Positions 60,670-64,000 of a stretch of 64,000 nucleotides of DNA are shown piece after piece. The stretch covers positions 1-64,000 of the forward strand of contig CAWHDT010000002.1 in NCBI GenBank assembly GCA_963828195.1, written 5' to 3'. The notes under the pieces were generated by a model that searched no databases, was not told where the DNA came from, and saw only the letters and a program-made list of their open reading frames with translations. Position numbers and translations under genes: made by a program. This stretch comes from Candidatus Bathyarchaeota archaeon (GTDB taxonomy: Archaea; Thermoproteota; Bathyarchaeia; Bathyarchaeales; Bathycorpusculaceae). The stretch's first letter is position 1; the number at the start of each line of letters is the position of its first letter.

Positions 60670-60770
60670 TTTTTTTCCCTCCGCCAGCATTACCTGGTTC
60701 AGGTTCCGCGGGTTGACAGCAAACAGCCGTCCTCTCAGCCAGGTCACAATCCCAGCTCCCCAGATTACCT
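60670..60770 (-). ncRNA. TPP riboswitch aptamer (THI element)
   Basis: Minus strand GGGGAGC...GCTGAGA...ACCCGCGGAACCTGAACCAGGTAATGCTGGCGGAGGGA matches the THI-box consensus; upstream of thiC. Confidence 0.92.
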
Positions 60771-60844
60771 TACAAATAACGTCCACAACGCTTTATTTTA
60801 GGGTTGCGAAAACTCGCATTGATTGCGCCTTCTGGAATTTTTTG

Positions 60845-60947
60845 TCAAAAGAAGAAGAAGCCTCAAAAAACAATTTTTCTTCTTCTACCACTGCACTTTT
60901 TCAAAAGAACAACAACACCCAAAAAACAACTGTTGTTTCTTTTTTGA
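60845..60947. repeat. Tandem pair of hairpins with the same loop core CAAAAAACAA
   Basis: AGAAGAAGAA/TTCTTCTTCT and AAAAGAACAACA/TGTTGTTTCTTTT, period about 56 nt. Confidence 0.55.
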
Positions 60948-60998
60948 TTTCGGATTGTTTGTTGAAAAGTAAAAAAAGCCGTTCTTTTTCTGACAGCT

Positions 60999-61727
60999 TC
61001 ATTCGTTTAATATGTCGGCGAGTAGGCGCCGTTCGGCTCTTCGTAAATGAACGGCTAGCGTAGAGCTCGCAAGATCAAGCTTTGCTGCAAGCTCCTCTAC
61101 GCTTATTTTTCGGGGCGTGTCAAAGTAGCCAAGCCTGAAAGCCAAAGAAATCGCTTCTTGCTGCTTTTCAGTCAAGCGACTGATGGGCGAATTAAGCGAA
61201 AATTTGGCGTCAGTCAGCGACAACACCTTATAGTTAACGCTTCCGTTTTCAAGGAACTCCTTAACCTGCTCATCATCTCCGACAAGGGTAACTCTAACTT
61301 TTCCATCCCGTACAGCAAAAGGCAACAGGGGGTACATTCCTCTTCTGTTAGGTGTTCCTGAAGCTGACAAAGGCGGTTTTCCCTTGATAAAAAAAATGCA
61401 AGCTCCTCCATCTTGCTCTAAGAGTTGATAATCGATTTTGACGTCGTGAAGAAGTAACTTCAGAAGTTCTTCAACTTCCATAGAATCATCCTTGAGTTCT
61501 AGTCTGAATATGGCTGCAACTTCGGAGGAATCAAATCGTAAAATGTGTAGCATCTCAAATGCCTTGATTTTTTTCATAGTTTCGAGCCTGTTTAGTTCAG
61601 TCAATTGAGCTTTTTTGATTAATTCGGAATTGTCATCCTCTCCAGATGTTTTGAGTCTCTCGATTTCTCGCTCCTTAATTTTTTTGACTGCTTCGTTGAT
61701 TGACCATTCCACAACTAGCCTGCGCAT
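60999..61727 (-). CDS. Transcriptional regulator with C-terminal HTH_10 (bacterio-opsin activator-type) domain
   Basis: LTEKQ.EAI.LA..LGYFD.PRK....ELA..L....ST...HLRRAE. Confidence 0.9.
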   Translation of the reverse strand: MRRLVVEWSINEAVKKIKEREIERLKTSGEDDNSELIKKAQLTELNRLETMKKIKAFEMLHILRFDSSEVAAIFRLELKDDSMEVEELLKLLLHDVKIDYQLLEQDGGACIFFIKGKPPLSASGTPNRRGMYPLLPFAVRDGKVRVTLVGDDEQVKEFLENGSVNYKVLSLTDAKFSLNSPISRLTEKQQEAISLAFRLGYFDTPRKISVEELAAKLDLASSTLAVHLRRAERRLLADILNE

Positions 61728-61840
61728 GTATGTTACTTCGGTTTCATCGAATAAATAAGTTTCTATGGCGAATATGCTCGCTACAAAGTTAATCCGAAAC
61801 GGCAACTATGTATCATGAAATTACGTGAAGTGAAAAATAA

Positions 61841-62842
61841 ATGAAAACATCAGATATTATTTCGGTCGAAAACCTCGTAGAGGTTTATGCTGACGGCACA
61901 AGAGCACTTGAAGGGATCTCTTTTGATGTGAAAGAGGGCGAGTTTTTCGGGTTTCTGGGGCCCAATGGCGCAGGAAAAAGCACCACAATCAAAATCCTCA
62001 CCACGCTCCTCAGAAAGACTTCAGGGCACGTGCAAGTAGCTGGTTACGATTTAGAAAAATCGCCAAAGGAAATCCGAAAAGTCATCGGAGTTCTCACACA
62101 AGAAACCATAATAGACGTTGACCTAACAGGCAAAGAAAACCTCCGTCTTCAAGGTCGTCTCCAACAAATGCGTGGAAGCGCCTTAGAAAAACGAGTAGAC
62201 GAACTACTAAAAACTGTGCAGCTTGAAGAATTCGCAAACAAACCTGCTGGCCGATATTCAGGCGGCATGAAAAAAAGGCTTGACCTCGCCTCTGCCCTAA
62301 TTCATAAGCCTAAATTACTTTTCCTTGATGAGCCGACGACTGGGCTTGATCCCCAAGCCCGTGCGTCAATATGGGACTACCTGGATGAGCTAAACAGGGA
62401 AGAAGGCATTACAATATTTTTGACCACACAGTACTTGGAGGAGGCAGACAAGCTCTGCCGGCGACTCTCAATAATTGACCACGGGAAGATTGTTGCTTGG
62501 GGTTCGCCAACAGAACTCAAGCAAGCAATCGGACATGACACCATAACTCTTTCACTTAAGAACCCAAAAGATTCCTTGTTGAGATCCGAAACGAAAAGGA
62601 CTTTGCAAGAAATTCCGGGAGTAGTCGATGTTACTGATTCAGACGGCGGCATTACTGCTCATGCGAAGAACGCAAACGAAATAATAGCTGACGTAGTTAC
62701 AGCGTTGGACCGCAACAACATTCGCCCGACTTCTTTGAACATGTCCTCTCCAACACTTGACGATGTTTTCCTGCACCATACAGGCAGAAGAATAAGACCC
62801 GAAGAACTCGGCAGAAAAACCGCCGAACAAATCTTAATGTGA
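61841..62842 (+). CDS. ABC exporter ATP-binding subunit (DrrA-like)
   Basis: GPNGAGKST, YSGGM, LDEPTTGLD, PTLDDVF. Confidence 0.95.
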   Translation: MKTSDIISVENLVEVYADGTRALEGISFDVKEGEFFGFLGPNGAGKSTTIKILTTLLRKTSGHVQVAGYDLEKSPKEIRKVIGVLTQETIIDVDLTGKENLRLQGRLQQMRGSALEKRVDELLKTVQLEEFANKPAGRYSGGMKKRLDLASALIHKPKLLFLDEPTTGLDPQARASIWDYLDELNREEGITIFLTTQYLEEADKLCRRLSIIDHGKIVAWGSPTELKQAIGHDTITLSLKNPKDSLLRSETKRTLQEIPGVVDVTDSDGGITAHAKNANEIIADVVTALDRNNIRPTSLNMSSPTLDDVFLHHTGRRIRPEELGRKTAEQILM

Positions 62843-62853
62843 GGTAAACTAAA

Positions 62854-63615
62854 ATGACACTATTTTATGACATTCAATCCTTGTTCCAAAGAGCTTTAAC
62901 AAAACTCTGGAGAAACCCAACTTTACTGTTTGTCCACCTCTTCACGCCATTGCTGTTTCTGATCCTTTTCTCGCAGTTACTTCAAAAACTCGGCATTTTT
63001 CTAGGACCCACCGGGAGTTACCTTGCTTACCTTACGCCTGGCGTATTGGTGTTGAATTTAGTAATTGGTATGCCGTCTGGCCAGTCGGTTGTGAGTGATC
63101 TTGACTCGGGGTTTCTTCAGAAAGTGCTTTTAACTCCTGCCAGCAGATCGGCAATTTTGCTTGGTCGCTTGATGAGCGACATACTCGTGCTCATGGCACA
63201 GTCAGCCATAATAATTGGAGTAGCAATGCTGCTGGGTCTTAGAATCGCAACCGGGGTCGGTGGACTCTTACTCATTTTCGTGACTTTTGCCTTCTTCGGA
63301 CTTGCATGGTTTGGGCTTTCACTTGCCTTGGGCTTGAAGACAAAGAACGCAGAAACTCTATCAGCAATGTCCAACATTATAGCCTTACCACTTATCTTCA
63401 TCAGCAGCGGCCTCTTTCCCACATCAATCATGCCTCTTTGGGCACGAACCGTTTCTGACTACAACCCATTGAGTTATGTCGCAAACGTTACAAGGGGCTT
63501 AATCGAGGGCGGGTTGACCTGGGGAACGTTTGCTTCTGCTTACGCTGTAATCGGGCTGATTGCAATTCTGACTTTCGCGGCCACTCTGTACCTTTTCAGG
63601 AAGGTAGTCACCTGA
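62854..63615 (+). CDS. ABC-2 type permease (DrrB-like)
   Basis: Six TM helices; YL.PG, D..SGFL...L.TP.SR, NPLSY. Confidence 0.92.
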   Translation: MTLFYDIQSLFQRALTKLWRNPTLLFVHLFTPLLFLILFSQLLQKLGIFLGPTGSYLAYLTPGVLVLNLVIGMPSGQSVVSDLDSGFLQKVLLTPASRSAILLGRLMSDILVLMAQSAIIIGVAMLLGLRIATGVGGLLLIFVTFAFFGLAWFGLSLALGLKTKNAETLSAMSNIIALPLIFISSGLFPTSIMPLWARTVSDYNPLSYVANVTRGLIEGGLTWGTFASAYAVIGLIAILTFAATLYLFRKVVT

Positions 63616-63745
63616 GAGGACCGAAAAAGGGAAAATGCTGATATTTGGTGTTAGTGACATGCTTGAACTGAAAAAAAATTGCTGTCAATCGTCAAAAATG
63701 AGGTCTGGTGTTAGCGGTCGCTCTATCTCTGTGTCTATAGTCGAA

Positions 63746-64000
63746 TCAGGGTTTGGTTAGGGCAGATTTTAACCCTGTTATTATTACCTGCAAGCCCCAG
63801 TCAAAAGTTTCTGCTGGAGTTGTTTTGCGGTATTCTTCCATAAAGGCTCTTAGGAATGCGTCGTCTTCTGGATTAGGCCCGGCGGATTGGGTATGTTGTG
63901 GGTCGGACAAGTGCGCAATGAGTTCTTCGGGTTCAGTGCCCGCTTGCTCTTCAATCACGAAGCCCCAAACGTAATCGATTGTTGTGGCGGCAGCTAGACC
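63746..64000 (-). CDS. TetR-family regulator, C-terminal domain (partial, runs off the window)
   Basis: YVWGFVIEE...FDWGLQVIITGL is typical of TetR_C; frame is open to the window edge. Confidence 0.7.
   Translation of the reverse strand, partial: GLAAATTIDYVWGFVIEEQAGTEPEELIAHLSDPQHTQSAGPNPEDDAFLRAFMEEYRKTTPAETFDWGLQVIITGLKSALTKP

Overview
Archaeal chromosomal window. Unsplit RNA polymerase B and fused A'/A'' subunits, L30e, archaeal NusA, NucS, ThiDN and an intron-containing tRNA-Leu point to a TACK lineage, most likely Bathyarchaeia (inference). Housekeeping content: moaCBA, a cdc6/orc1 gene, the rpoB-rpoA-rpl30e-nusA operon, pdaD, pepF, glpX, a tungsten-type aldehyde:ferredoxin oxidoreductase locus (frameshifted near its 5' end), a P1B ATPase, a thiC-thiDN-thiW operon and an ABC exporter. 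Accessory content: two multi-PAS histidine kinases with a response regulator, two paralogous toxin/DUF2283 pairs, an orphan N4-cytosine-type DNA methyltransferase and several secreted proteins. Best leads: (1) a short, apparently hinge-less SMC5/6- or ClsN-like ATPase coupled to candidate kleisin and KITE genes; (2) an archaeal TPP riboswitch ahead of the thiamine operon, which ends in an uncharacterised P-loop protein; (3) a convergent pair of paralogous secreted proteins that may be filament subunits; (4) a strand-skewed array of AAGTTGCGACTT quasi-palindromes upstream of rpoB; (5) structured or repeated intergenic elements at about 9.3, 18.7, 21.4 and 60.9 kb; (6) CTG start codons with Shine-Dalgarno motifs on cdc6 and nusA. 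All calls come from reading motifs by eye; no database searches were run.
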